A stretch of 64,000 bases of DNA from Escherichia coli (GCF_009931435.1 NZ_CP043414.1), one strand, 5' to 3'; shown: positions 1-11,542, counted from the stretch's first letter. Numbers and translations: made by a program. Notes: generated by a model not told the origin, from the sequence alone.

Positions 1-2
1 TG

Positions 3-3000
3 ATGGCCTCCGACGGTACAATCTATAAACGACCACTGTTGTTGAAAGAGCTGAGTAACACCAGTGGTCGAAATTCTACGGCTGAAAACGGTGAAGATTG
101 GGCAAGATTCACCTGGACTCAGTCGGCTGACACCAGCATGAATGGGTGTGGTACAGATTATATGCCGACGCTGGATGGACTGAAGTCTTTGTATGACGCC
201 AATAGCGGTAATGTGATGAGTACGGTGCAGGGATGGCCGGTAAAAACGACCTATCTCACCAATACCCCGAGTGATACGCAAACAGGGAGCCGTTACTACA
301 ATGTGGTGCAACTGAATACTGGTGCAGTCTCACAAATCTCGACGAACACAGTCGTGCAACAAACCTGCCGCACAACGCCGTTGACGGCTGCTAGCCAGAT
401 TACGCTGGAGGCCTCAGACCCCTCGCAATTTGTCAGCATTGACAGTACGCTTAGCGCGATCAAAGTGCAGAAAGGCGATAGCGTGTCGATCCGCATTTCG
501 ACTAAAGATGCACAGGGGAATTTAGTCGGCAATACGCCGTTTGCCCTGAAACACGCTAACCCGGTCAATCGCCAAAATGTGGCGTCAACATCGCAGAAAG
601 TGTCGGTCACGACTGCGTCGGGTACGACGGTGGATACCACTGCATCGACCATTCTGTATGGCGTGACCGGGCCAGACGGAACCACCACGATGACACTCCG
701 ACAGGATGTGTCTACTGGACTCAAAACCGACTTTTATGCTCTGTTGAACGATACCGGCGTGTCGTCGAACACCTTGCCAGTGATCTTCACCGTCGTCACC
801 AGCCCGGATACACCGCTGGCGGCCAACTGGGGGCATATGGCGGAAACCTTTACCAGCAGCAAGGGCGTCACCTTCAAACGGCCTTTCCTCAAAGCTGAAC
901 TTTCTGGTGGTACGGCGGTAACGACCAATAATGAAGTCTGGTCGCGCCTGACAGCAACGGAGAAAACGGATGCCAGCAAGGCTGGGTGTGATGAGAGTTA
1001 TCAACCGCTGATGACTGACATGCAGGGGTTGTATGCGGATTACCCTAACAACCAGTTGGGCACGGTGCTCGGCTTGCCGACTTCCGCCGGGTATATGTGG
1101 GCCTACGACATGATGACGGTTTCTGGCAGCAGCTGGAGCAACCAGGCATATTCGCTCGTTAATGGTCAGACAGTTCAGGCATCGTCCAGTTATACGGCGG
1201 TAGTGATGTGCCTGGTGGAACCGCATACCGTTCCGGCGATGATAGAGATCACTTCAACAGCACAGGATGCGGCAAAAACGGTCAGCAATGGTGGTCGACC
1301 GAGCGCCGTAGCGAAGAAAGGTGAGACGATTCCGCTGACGGTGACCGTACGTGATAGCACCGGGAATCCGGTACCCTACGCCGACTTTACCCTCACGCGT
1401 GGAACGACGCTGGATCGCTCGAAAGCAACCGTTAACTCGAGTGCGGACGATCTTACCGTGAAGTCATTGATACCCGCGAACAGCGACGCTGGGCTGACGG
1501 CAAATGGGGCAAAAGTGCTCAGAACAACGGGCAGTGATGGCACAGCCACCTTTGAAGTGAGCCAGAATGCCACGACAGGTCTGGCGACACCGATAACCGT
1601 CACGCTGGCGCGCGATACAACCAAAACCGCCACGCTGGATGTTATCTACACGGTGATAACCAGCCCGGACTCACCGAGCGCGAAATTCTGGGGATACATG
1701 CCGGACACCTTTACCAGTTCGGCAGGCGTCACCTTCAGACGACCGCTCCTGAAAGCCGAAGCGACTTCAGGGTCATCGATTAGCACTAACGGCAATGGTG
1801 AAGTGTGGTCGTATATGAGCAACGTTCAAAATTTAACATCGACAGATTGTCCGCTGGAGAATCAACCGCGCAGTAATGAATTGTTGGATTTGTATAATGA
1901 TCATCCCAACGGCGCGATAATGACTGACCTGGGGCTGCCGATATATGCAGGCAAGTGGTGGGCTTATGATATGGTCATGCCGGATTTATATACGTGGCAG
2001 TATCAGACTGTCAGCCTGAGCGCAGGAGATATCGCGAAGAGCTCGGCAAACAACGCGCTGATGCTTTGCCTGGCGAAGCCGCATCCGGCAGGCGTCAGCG
2101 TAATGTTGACGTCATCCGCAATGGATAACGCCAGAACCCTCAGTAATGGCGGGCGACCCAGCGCGTCAGTGAAAAAAGGTAACCCACTGCCAATTGTGGT
2201 GACGGTCAAAGATCGTGATGGCAACCCGCTGGCGGGAGAGGCCGTTACGCTCAGGCGTGGTTCAGCGATGAGCCGTTCAGGAGCAGGAGTGGGCACGCCG
2301 GCAAATGCAATGACGTTGACAGAGTTGACACCTGTGTCGGCGGAGTTTTCTCTGGCCGCACACGATACGCAATGGCAAGGTTTCACCGGCAGTGATGGTA
2401 CGGCCACTTTCAATGTTGAACAGCCTGAGACCATCGGCCTGGCCATTCCGTTCACCGCTATACTGGCGCGAGATGTCGCAACTACCAGCGTCCTTGATAC
2501 GATCTTTACCGTCGTCACCAGCCCGGATTCCGCAATGGCGACCTACTGGGGCCATATGCCGGATACGGTAACGGCGGAAAACGGCGTGGTCTTTGAACGG
2601 CCTAAATTGTTGAAAGAGCTGCCGTCGAGCGCCGGAGTCAGTCAGGTGACGGATAACAATGAAGTGTGGCCGTTGTTTAAGGCAACGCAAAGGGAAGATA
2701 GCAGCCTCAGTCCTTGTGAAGCGGCACGTCGGCCATTGAGCGATGATTTATTATCGCTCTACGCGCGCTATCCGGGGAACACGCTGACGACTCAAATCGG
2801 CTGGTCTACGAAGTATGCATGGTGGGCACTGGATAACAAGCAGGGGAATGCCCTGGTTGTCAGTCTGAATAATGGTTTTGAGTCGTCGACGGCGAGTACG
2901 GGGTATCAGGGATGTCTGGTCAATCCCCGCGCGACCGTCTCCAGCGTCACGCTGACATCGACGGTGATAGATGCCACTACGCAGGCGGCGAAGGTAAAAA

Positions 3001-3761
3001 AAGGTGAAGCCGCGCCCGTCGTTGTTACCGTAAAAGACAGCGCCGGGAAGCCGGTACCGAATGTCGCTTTCACCTTAAAACGTGGTGATGCCGTGCCGCG
3101 TAACAGCGGGGCGACGTTGTATGGTGATGTTGCGGCGATGGATGATATGACGGTACAACCTGCCAGCGGGACGGTGGTAACGCTGGCTGACAGTGGGAAT
3201 ACGATCGACGGTGTGACAGGGGCGGACGGTACGGCAAGTTTTGCCGTTCGTCAGGATAATACGCCAGGATATAAAACGCCGTTGACGGTGACGCTGACGG
3301 ATAACGCCACAATAACGGCGACGCTGGATACGATTTTCACCGTGCCGACCAGCCCGAATGTCGCCACGGCGTATTTCTGGGGGCATATGGCGGATACCGC
3401 CACCGTAAGTGGCAAGACGTTACATCGCCCGCTATTGCAATCAGAGTTGCCGTCAGGGGCTACAGCGGCAGTAGCGCCAACGGTGAATAATGAAATCTGG
3501 GCGCTGGCACATGTGATCGATGCTCAAAAATGGGATATTGCAAAGCAGTGCGGTGACTTTAGTAGAGCACCGAGCTATACCGATTTACAGTCGTTACATA
3601 GCAGCTTTAGCGCGCTGGGATGGCCATCATCGATAAGCTTCCCCTATTTCTCTACCGATCGGGCCGGTTCGTTCTATTGTGGCATGGATGAAGGGGCGGG
3701 GACACAAAACTGCGGTATTCAGGCATCCAGTACTGCGGGGTTTGCAACCTGTTTCCAGTAG
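3..3761 (+). CDS. Large repetitive surface/adhesin-like protein, RatA/RatB-like; 5'-truncated by window edge (C-terminal 1252 aa present)
   Basis: Open frame runs from the window start. Four tandem modules of about 285 aa each begin near nt 781, 1641, 2501 and 3331 with a conserved motif (FTVVTSPD...WGHM.DT.T...GV.F.RP.L.KEL). Position next to xseA matches the Salmonella CS54 islet; the family assignment is from memory. Confidence 0.6.
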   Translation: MASDGTIYKRPLLLKELSNTSGRNSTAENGEDWARFTWTQSADTSMNGCGTDYMPTLDGLKSLYDANSGNVMSTVQGWPVKTTYLTNTPSDTQTGSRYYNVVQLNTGAVSQISTNTVVQQTCRTTPLTAASQITLEASDPSQFVSIDSTLSAIKVQKGDSVSIRISTKDAQGNLVGNTPFALKHANPVNRQNVASTSQKVSVTTASGTTVDTTASTILYGVTGPDGTTTMTLRQDVSTGLKTDFYALLNDTGVSSNTLPVIFTVVTSPDTPLAANWGHMAETFTSSKGVTFKRPFLKAELSGGTAVTTNNEVWSRLTATEKTDASKAGCDESYQPLMTDMQGLYADYPNNQLGTVLGLPTSAGYMWAYDMMTVSGSSWSNQAYSLVNGQTVQASSSYTAVVMCLVEPHTVPAMIEITSTAQDAAKTVSNGGRPSAVAKKGETIPLTVTVRDSTGNPVPYADFTLTRGTTLDRSKATVNSSADDLTVKSLIPANSDAGLTANGAKVLRTTGSDGTATFEVSQNATTGLATPITVTLARDTTKTATLDVIYTVITSPDSPSAKFWGYMPDTFTSSAGVTFRRPLLKAEATSGSSISTNGNGEVWSYMSNVQNLTSTDCPLENQPRSNELLDLYNDHPNGAIMTDLGLPIYAGKWWAYDMVMPDLYTWQYQTVSLSAGDIAKSSANNALMLCLAKPHPAGVSVMLTSSAMDNARTLSNGGRPSASVKKGNPLPIVVTVKDRDGNPLAGEAVTLRRGSAMSRSGAGVGTPANAMTLTELTPVSAEFSLAAHDTQWQGFTGSDGTATFNVEQPETIGLAIPFTAILARDVATTSVLDTIFTVVTSPDSAMATYWGHMPDTVTAENGVVFERPKLLKELPSSAGVSQVTDNNEVWPLFKATQREDSSLSPCEAARRPLSDDLLSLYARYPGNTLTTQIGWSTKYAWWALDNKQGNALVVSLNNGFESSTASTGYQGCLVNPRATVSSVTLTSTVIDATTQAAKVKKGEAAPVVVTVKDSAGKPVPNVAFTLKRGDAVPRNSGATLYGDVAAMDDMTVQPASGTVVTLADSGNTIDGVTGADGTASFAVRQDNTPGYKTPLTVTLTDNATITATLDTIFTVPTSPNVATAYFWGHMADTATVSGKTLHRPLLQSELPSGATAAVAPTVNNEIWALAHVIDAQKWDIAKQCGDFSRAPSYTDLQSLHSSFSALGWPSSISFPYFSTDRAGSFYCGMDEGAGTQNCGIQASSTAGFATCFQ

Positions 3762-3816
3762 TCTTAACGGGTCTGTAAATGGGGGCCAAGATGTAAATAA
3801 GATTCGCAATACGTCA

Positions 3817-5214
<1,398 letters not shown>

Positions 5215-5273
5215 TTATTCAGTCGATAGTAACCCGCCCTCCGGGGATAGCAAGCATTTTTTGCAAAAAGGGG

Positions 5274-5302
5274 TAGATGCAATCGGTTACGCTCTGTATA
5301 AT
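5274..5302 (+). promoter_or_regulatory. guaBA promoter region; -10 TATAAT at 5297-5302, possible PurR-like operator at 5277-5292
   Basis: TATAAT hexamer 44 nt upstream of the guaB ATG; ATGCAATCGGTTACGC resembles the PurR consensus with mismatches. Confidence 0.45.
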
Positions 5303-5345
5303 GCCGCGGCAATATTTATTAACCACTCTGGTCGAGATATTGCCC

Positions 5346-6812
5346 ATGCTACGTATCGCTAAAGAAGCTCTGACGTTTGACGACGTTCTCCTCGTTCCTG
5401 CACATTCTACCGTTCTGCCGAATACCGCTGACCTCAGCACCCAGCTGACGAAAACTATTCGTCTGAATATCCCTATGCTCTCCGCAGCAATGGATACCGT
5501 AACGGAAGCGCGCCTGGCTATCGCCCTGGCTCAGGAAGGCGGTATCGGCTTTATCCACAAAAACATGTCCATTGAACGCCAGGCTGAAGAAGTTCGCCGC
5601 GTGAAAAAACACGAATCTGGCGTGGTAACCGATCCGCAGACTGTTCTGCCGACAACCACCCTGCGTGAAGTGAAAGAACTGACCGAGCGTAACGGCTTTG
5701 CAGGCTATCCGGTAGTTACCGAAGAAAACGAACTGGTCGGCATCATCACCGGTCGTGACGTGCGTTTTGTTACCGACCTGAACCAGCCGGTCAGCGTTTA
5801 CATGACGCCGAAAGAGCGTCTGGTAACCGTGCGTGAAGGCGAAGCCCGTGAAGTTGTGCTGGCAAAAATGCACGAAAAACGCGTTGAAAAAGCGCTGGTG
5901 GTTGATGATGAATTCCACCTGATCGGCATGATCACTGTGAAGGACTTCCAGAAAGCGGAGCGTAAACCGAACGCCTGTAAAGACGAGCAAGGCCGTCTGC
6001 GTGTTGGTGCAGCGGTTGGTGCAGGTGCGGGTAACGAAGAGCGTGTTGATGCGCTGGTTGCCGCAGGCGTTGACGTTCTGCTGATCGACTCCTCTCACGG
6101 TCACTCTGAAGGCGTTCTGCAGCGTATCCGTGAAACTCGCGCTAAATATCCTGATCTGCAAATCATCGGCGGCAACGTGGCAACAGCTGCAGGTGCCCGC
6201 GCGCTGGCAGAAGCCGGTTGCAGTGCCGTTAAAGTGGGTATCGGCCCTGGTTCTATTTGTACTACCCGCATTGTTACTGGCGTCGGTGTTCCGCAGATCA
6301 CCGCCGTTGCTGACGCAGTAGAAGCCCTGGAAGGCACCGGGATTCCGGTTATCGCAGACGGTGGTATTCGTTTCTCTGGCGATATCGCGAAAGCTATCGC
6401 TGCTGGTGCAAGCGCGGTGATGGTAGGCTCCATGCTGGCGGGTACTGAAGAATCCCCGGGTGAAATCGAACTCTACCAGGGCCGTTCTTACAAGTCTTAC
6501 CGTGGGATGGGCTCTCTGGGCGCGATGTCCAAAGGTTCTTCTGACCGTTACTTCCAGAGCGACAACGCTGCCGACAAACTGGTGCCGGAAGGTATCGAAG
6601 GCCGTGTAGCCTACAAAGGTCGTCTGAAAGAGATCATTCACCAGCAGATGGGCGGCCTGCGCTCCTGTATGGGCCTGACCGGCTGTGGTACTATCGACGA
6701 ACTGCGTACTAAAGCGGAGTTTGTACGTATCAGCGGTGCGGGCATTCAGGAAAGCCACGTTCACGACGTGACCATTACTAAAGAGTCCCCGAACTACCGT
6801 CTGGGCTCCTGA
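5346..6812 (+). CDS. guaB: IMP dehydrogenase
   Basis: 488 aa from the ATG at 5346 ([13 protein letters not shown]...); the ORF track's upstream extension is rejected in favour of the conserved start. Confidence 0.97.
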
Positions 6813-6880
6813 TTCTCTTCGCCCGACTTCATGTCGGGCGATTTATATTATCTGTTTCACTTGCCTCGGAATAAGCGTCA

Positions 6881-8458
6881 ATGACGGAAAACATTCATAA
6901 GCATCGCATCCTCATTCTGGACTTCGGTTCTCAGTACACCCAACTGGTTGCGCGCCGCGTGCGTGAACTGGGTGTTTACTGCGAACTGTGGGCGTGGGAT
7001 GTGACAGAAGCACAAATTCGTGACTTCAATCCAAGCGGCATTATTCTTTCCGGCGGCCCGGAAAGCACCACCGAAGAAAACAGCCCGCGTGCGCCGCAGT
7101 ATGTCTTTGAAGCAGGCGTACCGGTATTCGGCGTTTGCTATGGTATGCAGACCATGGCAATGCAGTTGGGTGGTCATGTTGAAGCCTCTAACGAACGTGA
7201 ATTTGGCTATGCGCAGGTTGAAGTCGTAAACGACAGCGCACTGGTTCGCGGTATCGAAGATGCTCTGACAGCAGACGGTAAACCTCTGCTCGATGTCTGG
7301 ATGAGCCACGGCGATAAAGTTACCGCTATCCCGTCCGACTTCATCACCGTAGCCAGCACCGAAAGCTGCCCGTTCGCCATCATGGCAAATGAAGAAAAAC
7401 GCTTCTATGGCGTACAGTTCCACCCGGAAGTGACTCATACCCGCCAGGGGATGCGCATGCTGGAGCGTTTTGTGCGTGATATCTGCCAGTGTGAAGCCCT
7501 GTGGACGCCAGCGAAAATTATCGACGATGCAGTAGCCCGTATCCGCGAGCAGGTAGGCGACGATAAAGTGATCCTCGGCCTCTCTGGTGGCGTGGATTCC
7601 TCCGTGACTGCAATGCTGCTGCACCGCGCAATCGGCAAAAACCTGACTTGCGTATTCGTTGACAACGGCCTGCTGCGTCTCAACGAAGCAGAGCAGGTTC
7701 TGGATATGTTTGGCGATCACTTTGGTCTGAACATTGTTCACGTTCCGGCAGAAGATCGCTTCTTGTCAGCGCTGGCTGGTGAAAACGATCCGGAAGCAAA
7801 ACGTAAAATCATCGGTCGCGTTTTCGTTGAAGTATTCGATGAAGAAGCGCTGAAACTGGAAGATGTGAAGTGGCTGGCGCAGGGTACTATCTACCCTGAT
7901 GTTATCGAATCTGCCGCGTCTGCAACCGGTAAAGCTCACGTCATCAAATCTCACCACAACGTGGGCGGCCTGCCGAAAGAGATGAAGATGGGCCTGGTTG
8001 AACCGCTGAAAGAGCTGTTCAAAGACGAAGTGCGTAAAATTGGTCTGGAGCTGGGCCTGCCGTACGACATGCTGTACCGTCACCCGTTCCCGGGACCAGG
8101 GCTTGGCGTTCGTGTGCTGGGCGAAGTGAAGAAAGAGTACTGCGACCTGCTGCGCCGTGCTGATGCCATCTTCATTGAAGAACTGCGTAAAGCGGACCTG
8201 TACGACAAAGTTAGCCAGGCGTTTACCGTGTTCCTGCCGGTACGTTCTGTTGGCGTAATGGGCGATGGTCGTAAATACGACTGGGTTGTGTCTCTGCGTG
8301 CCGTCGAAACCATCGACTTTATGACCGCACACTGGGCACATCTGCCGTACGATTTCCTTGGTCGCGTTTCCAACCGCATTATCAATGAAGTGAACGGTAT
8401 TTCCCGCGTGGTGTATGACATCAGCGGCAAGCCGCCAGCGACTATTGAGTGGGAGTAG
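6881..8458 (+). CDS. guaA: GMP synthase (glutamine-hydrolysing)
   Basis: 525 aa [25 protein letters not shown]...; 68 bp downstream of guaB. Confidence 0.97.
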
Positions 8459-8500
8459 GACTGGCTATAAATAGTAAATTAAGCCTTTCCAACTAACTTT

Positions 8501-8532
8501 AATGCCAGTCAGTTTGCTGACTGGCATTTTTT
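8501..8532 (+). terminator. Intrinsic terminator of guaBA
   Basis: 12 bp perfect stem (AATGCCAGTCAG / CTGACTGGCATT), 4 nt loop, then a T6 run; 43 nt after the guaA stop. Confidence 0.75.
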
Positions 8533-8752
8533 ATTGGTTTTTCATTGAGTTTATGACTTCTATTTTTAAGGCCGTAACTCTATAACATCGGCTATGGCCT
8601 AAAGATAAAAGCCATTACCAACAAAATGGCGGTATTCCAAAACAGTCTAGCCGGAAGTGCTTACAATGAGATCGATCAAATCGACAAATGAGATACTGGC
8701 CGTTGTGAGCGCCCGGCAACCGTAGCCGTAGGGGGCGAATTTAATGGCTTTG

Positions 8753-9529
8753 TTATGAGCCATTGGTAATCGCACCCATGACAATTTGAAAGAGTTCTTC
8801 TGCTCGATTAGTGGAGCCAATTGCACCTCTTTCTCTCGCCATTCTCTTGTGCTCTGGTAGATCTGAGGACGCATAGATCATAAAAGGAGTTTTGTCTCCC
8901 ATTGCGCGTAATCTTTCTAGTAAGACATAACCTTCTTGCGCCCCTTCTTTGCGATCCATATCCGAAATAATAGCTGCAAACTTATTTGTTTTTAACAATT
9001 CCAAGGCTTCGTCAGTTGAAAGAGCTAAAGCGAACTCTATTCCCTGTGCCTCAAATGCCTGTCTTTCGTAAACATTATTTTCTGGTCGATCATCCACCCA
9101 TAAAATACGATTTCGCCATTTTTCATGCTTACTCTGCCGTTTTGCATTGGATACAACGTTGACGATTTTTTGCAGTTGGCTTTCAGTGACCCCTGCACTA
9201 TTTTCAGGCTGTTTTGCTGTGGCGGCGGTCAATGATGCTGCTGTAGCTATTTGCGCTCTTAAAAAATTATTTTCATCTTTGAAATCTGACGGCCCGTAAA
9301 GCTTATTATGATGTTTCGCAACAAGCCAGAGAAAGCCAAGAAACACAATGACAGGAAAGAAAACCATGAAATAAATAAGGGGAGCTATATGCTCTGATAA
9401 GCCATTACCAAAGCCAACGACGAAAGAGGCAAATCCATAAACGAGAACAATAAAGAGTGCAATGATACCAAGAGGGCTTTTGGTAAATCCTATTGCAGTT
9501 TCAGCAAATTTCTCTGGTTCCATATCCAT
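8753..9529 (-). CDS. Membrane-anchored receiver-like (CheY-fold) protein: two predicted TM helices plus C-terminal pseudo-receiver domain
   Basis: 258 aa ORF. Hydrophobic stretches at about residues 19-41 and 48-72. Residues about 141-252 align by eye to CheY (ILWVDD for the beta1 acidic pair, IISDMD for the phospho-acceptor Asp, IYASS for the Thr/Ser position), but no lysine at the K109-equivalent position. Low GC, about 40 percent. Confidence 0.55.
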   Translation of the reverse strand: MDMEPEKFAETAIGFTKSPLGIIALFIVLVYGFASFVVGFGNGLSEHIAPLIYFMVFFPVIVFLGFLWLVAKHHNKLYGPSDFKDENNFLRAQIATAASLTAATAKQPENSAGVTESQLQKIVNVVSNAKRQSKHEKWRNRILWVDDRPENNVYERQAFEAQGIEFALALSTDEALELLKTNKFAAIISDMDRKEGAQEGYVLLERLRAMGDKTPFMIYASSDLPEHKRMARERGAIGSTNRAEELFQIVMGAITNGS

Positions 9530-9616
9530 CCTCAGTATTGCTCATAACACAGTTAAGTTGTATTAGATCAGACCTGATCTGACAATTACCGGCTATTTAT
9601 AAAGGTATCTGTCAGA

Positions 9617-10012
9617 TTACATCTGGCTTAAGTTTTTCTCATCCCAGATGTGCTTTCCATCAAGTAACGTTTCCATCGGCGTTCGGCCACTGCACATTTT
9701 TCCCTGATGGGTTCGCTCATTATTATAGTGAACCCGCCATTCATCAAGAACCGATTGTAATGCTTCAAGATCATCATATAACTTTTTGCGGAACGTCACC
9801 TGATAAAACTCGTTCAGTATCGTTTTATGGAACTGCTCGCAGATACTATTGGTCTTAGATGACATTGCTTTCGTTTTCGTATGCTCAATATCATTTATCG
9901 CCAGATAAAGCTGGTAATCATGCTGCTCCACTTTACCGCAATCTCTTGGTGTATTGAGAGGCGGGTTATAAAATAAATACTGATACCATGAGGGCGGATC
10001 AATCGTGGTCAT
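9617..10012 (-). pseudogene. 3' remnant of a DDE (rve-type) transposase gene
   Basis: 131 aa ORF whose C-terminal part (SSKTNSICEQFHKTILNEF...HYNNERTHQG...GRTP) matches the integrase-core C-terminus typical of IS481/IS3-type transposases. The N-terminal two thirds of a transposase are absent and the ATPase gene abuts the truncation point. Confidence 0.55.
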
Positions 10013-10027
10013 AGTATCAGGTCATTC

Positions 10028-11542
10028 TCATGGGTTTATTGCGTCCCTGAAGATGACGTCGCTGACCATCTCTCCTCCAAGAAAATCGATCAACATATTC
10101 GAGTTTTCAAGGTCTTCTCTGGTCAATGCCCCGATTGCTTGTCCAACTACTACCTCCCAAGGTTTTTTACACTCAACAATAGCACAGACGAGTTGGCGGA
10201 TTTTCTTGATCTTCTTGTGACGCAATCGGTCGTTCGATTCCATTAGTTCTGCAATCAACGCTATGTCGGAGTGTGTTTGATTATCCTCAACCCATTTTTT
10301 GGCTGCGTCTACAAATTCCACCCATGTAACATTCATTACTGCAAGGCATGAATCAGTCAAAAGAACATTTTCGATAGCGTAGCATCGTAAGCGATAGCGT
10401 TTAAGAGGTAGGCGATGTTCAAGCGACTTGTTGATTACACCATCGCCATCACGAAGGGAAAAGGCGATTGGATTGTCATAGAGTGTACTAAGGAGGTCTA
10501 CGCAAAAATCCTCAAGTTGACTCTGTTGATCTACGCTACCTGCTAGTACGGGAAAGATTTTTATTCGACCCTGTGATGTTCTGGCCGCTTGTTGCCAGAC
10601 TCGTTCGTCGTCCTCTCCTTCCAAAATTAATGCAGCGTCTTCGCTAAGAGAAAGCGATAGGGGGTGCCCGAAGAATGGTGCAATCTTTCGAAGTTCATCG
10701 CTGGCCGGTATCAATGAGATTTCATTTACTGCAAAGCTCTTCGTGCCGATTGATACATATGGGGAGGCGGCAAGAGAACAGACGAGCGGGGAACTATGGG
10801 TGGATAAGCATATGGCAATACTGTTCGCGTGTGTTCTAAATTCGTCGAGCATACTGATTATCAGCTTGCCCAGTCTAGCTTGGAGGTCGGGGTGCAGATG
10901 TACATCAGGCTCATCGAGGAGGAGTACGTTGAATTTCTCCGGATCTATTGTGTCGAAGAAATAGATGATTTCCGCGGCTAATGCAACCGCTTCCGATTCA
11001 CCGCTACTGATTTGGGCCGGATCAATAATCTGACCATCTACAAGTGATCGAAACTCATAATCGACATTACCCATCTCGAGCGAAATGTTAGTGAGAAGCT
11101 GATTAATTTTACTTAATCGGTCTGTCTGAAAGTTTCGCGTTAGATCAGTTCGAATTTCCGGAGTATTGGCAAGTCGACGTAAGTAAAGCGTCTCGGCCTC
11201 GCGAAATAGCATAGCCGATGCAGCTTTGAAGTTGCTTGCCTGATTAACTGCCCGAGTGTGCCTCAGCCATTCGGGGTTGTCGCTCATATTTGTGAGGACG
11301 GTGCCATCACGCTTGAACGATCCTGCTCGCTCTGGACTTACATACCGGACATAAAATTGCTGCTTGTTCTGGCTGATTGTTTGTTCGATATCGCGAAGGA
11401 AACGACTTTTTCCCGCACCGTTTCGGCCCATAATTATGTTGATGTTGTTTAAGCCGTAAAGTCGGCCAATTTGGCTAGATAACTCGCTTACTTTCAAGAT
11501 TGTAACTCCATTTCTTGTTGCCACATACGGTAACAAATACAC
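10028..11542 (-). CDS. ABC-type ATPase fused to TOPRIM-like nuclease motif (OLD-family / Gabija GajA-like), candidate anti-phage protein
   Basis: 504 aa ORF. Walker A GRNGAGKS (residues 39-46, nt 11405-11428), signature-like SSGESE (179-184), Walker B VLLLDEPD (206-213), H-loop-like STHS (247-250), TOPRIM-like Glu in LILEGEDDE (E308) and DxD in LRDGDG (D365/D367). Start codon uncertain: GTG at 11542, or a TTG at residue 16 preceded by GGAG. About 43-45 percent GC. Confidence 0.6.
   Translation of the reverse strand: MYLLPYVATRNGVTILKVSELSSQIGRLYGLNNINIIMGRNGAGKSRFLRDIEQTISQNKQQFYVRYVSPERAGSFKRDGTVLTNMSDNPEWLRHTRAVNQASNFKAASAMLFREAETLYLRRLANTPEIRTDLTRNFQTDRLSKINQLLTNISLEMGNVDYEFRSLVDGQIIDPAQISSGESEAVALAAEIIYFFDTIDPEKFNVLLLDEPDVHLHPDLQARLGKLIISMLDEFRTHANSIAICLSTHSSPLVCSLAASPYVSIGTKSFAVNEISLIPASDELRKIAPFFGHPLSLSLSEDAALILEGEDDERVWQQAARTSQGRIKIFPVLAGSVDQQSQLEDFCVDLLSTLYDNPIAFSLRDGDGVINKSLEHRLPLKRYRLRCYAIENVLLTDSCLAVMNVTWVEFVDAAKKWVEDNQTHSDIALIAELMESNDRLRHKKIKKIRQLVCAIVECKKPWEVVVGQAIGALTREDLENSNMLIDFLGGEMVSDVIFRDAINP

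Noticed and set aside
296-1226. Minus-strand ORFs of 142, 213 and 81 aa inside the repetitive surface-protein gene
   Set aside because: Nested antisense frames within a long coding region; no independent support.
5349-6764. 471 aa minus-strand ORF spanning almost all of guaB
   Set aside because: Antisense to a highly conserved gene with strong identity on the plus strand. Long antisense frames arise from codon bias; the translation is low-complexity and has no recognisable family features.
8647-8874. 75 aa minus-strand ORF overlapping the 3' end of the 258 aa membrane protein gene
   Set aside because: Alternative frame across the stop of a better-supported ORF; no start context.
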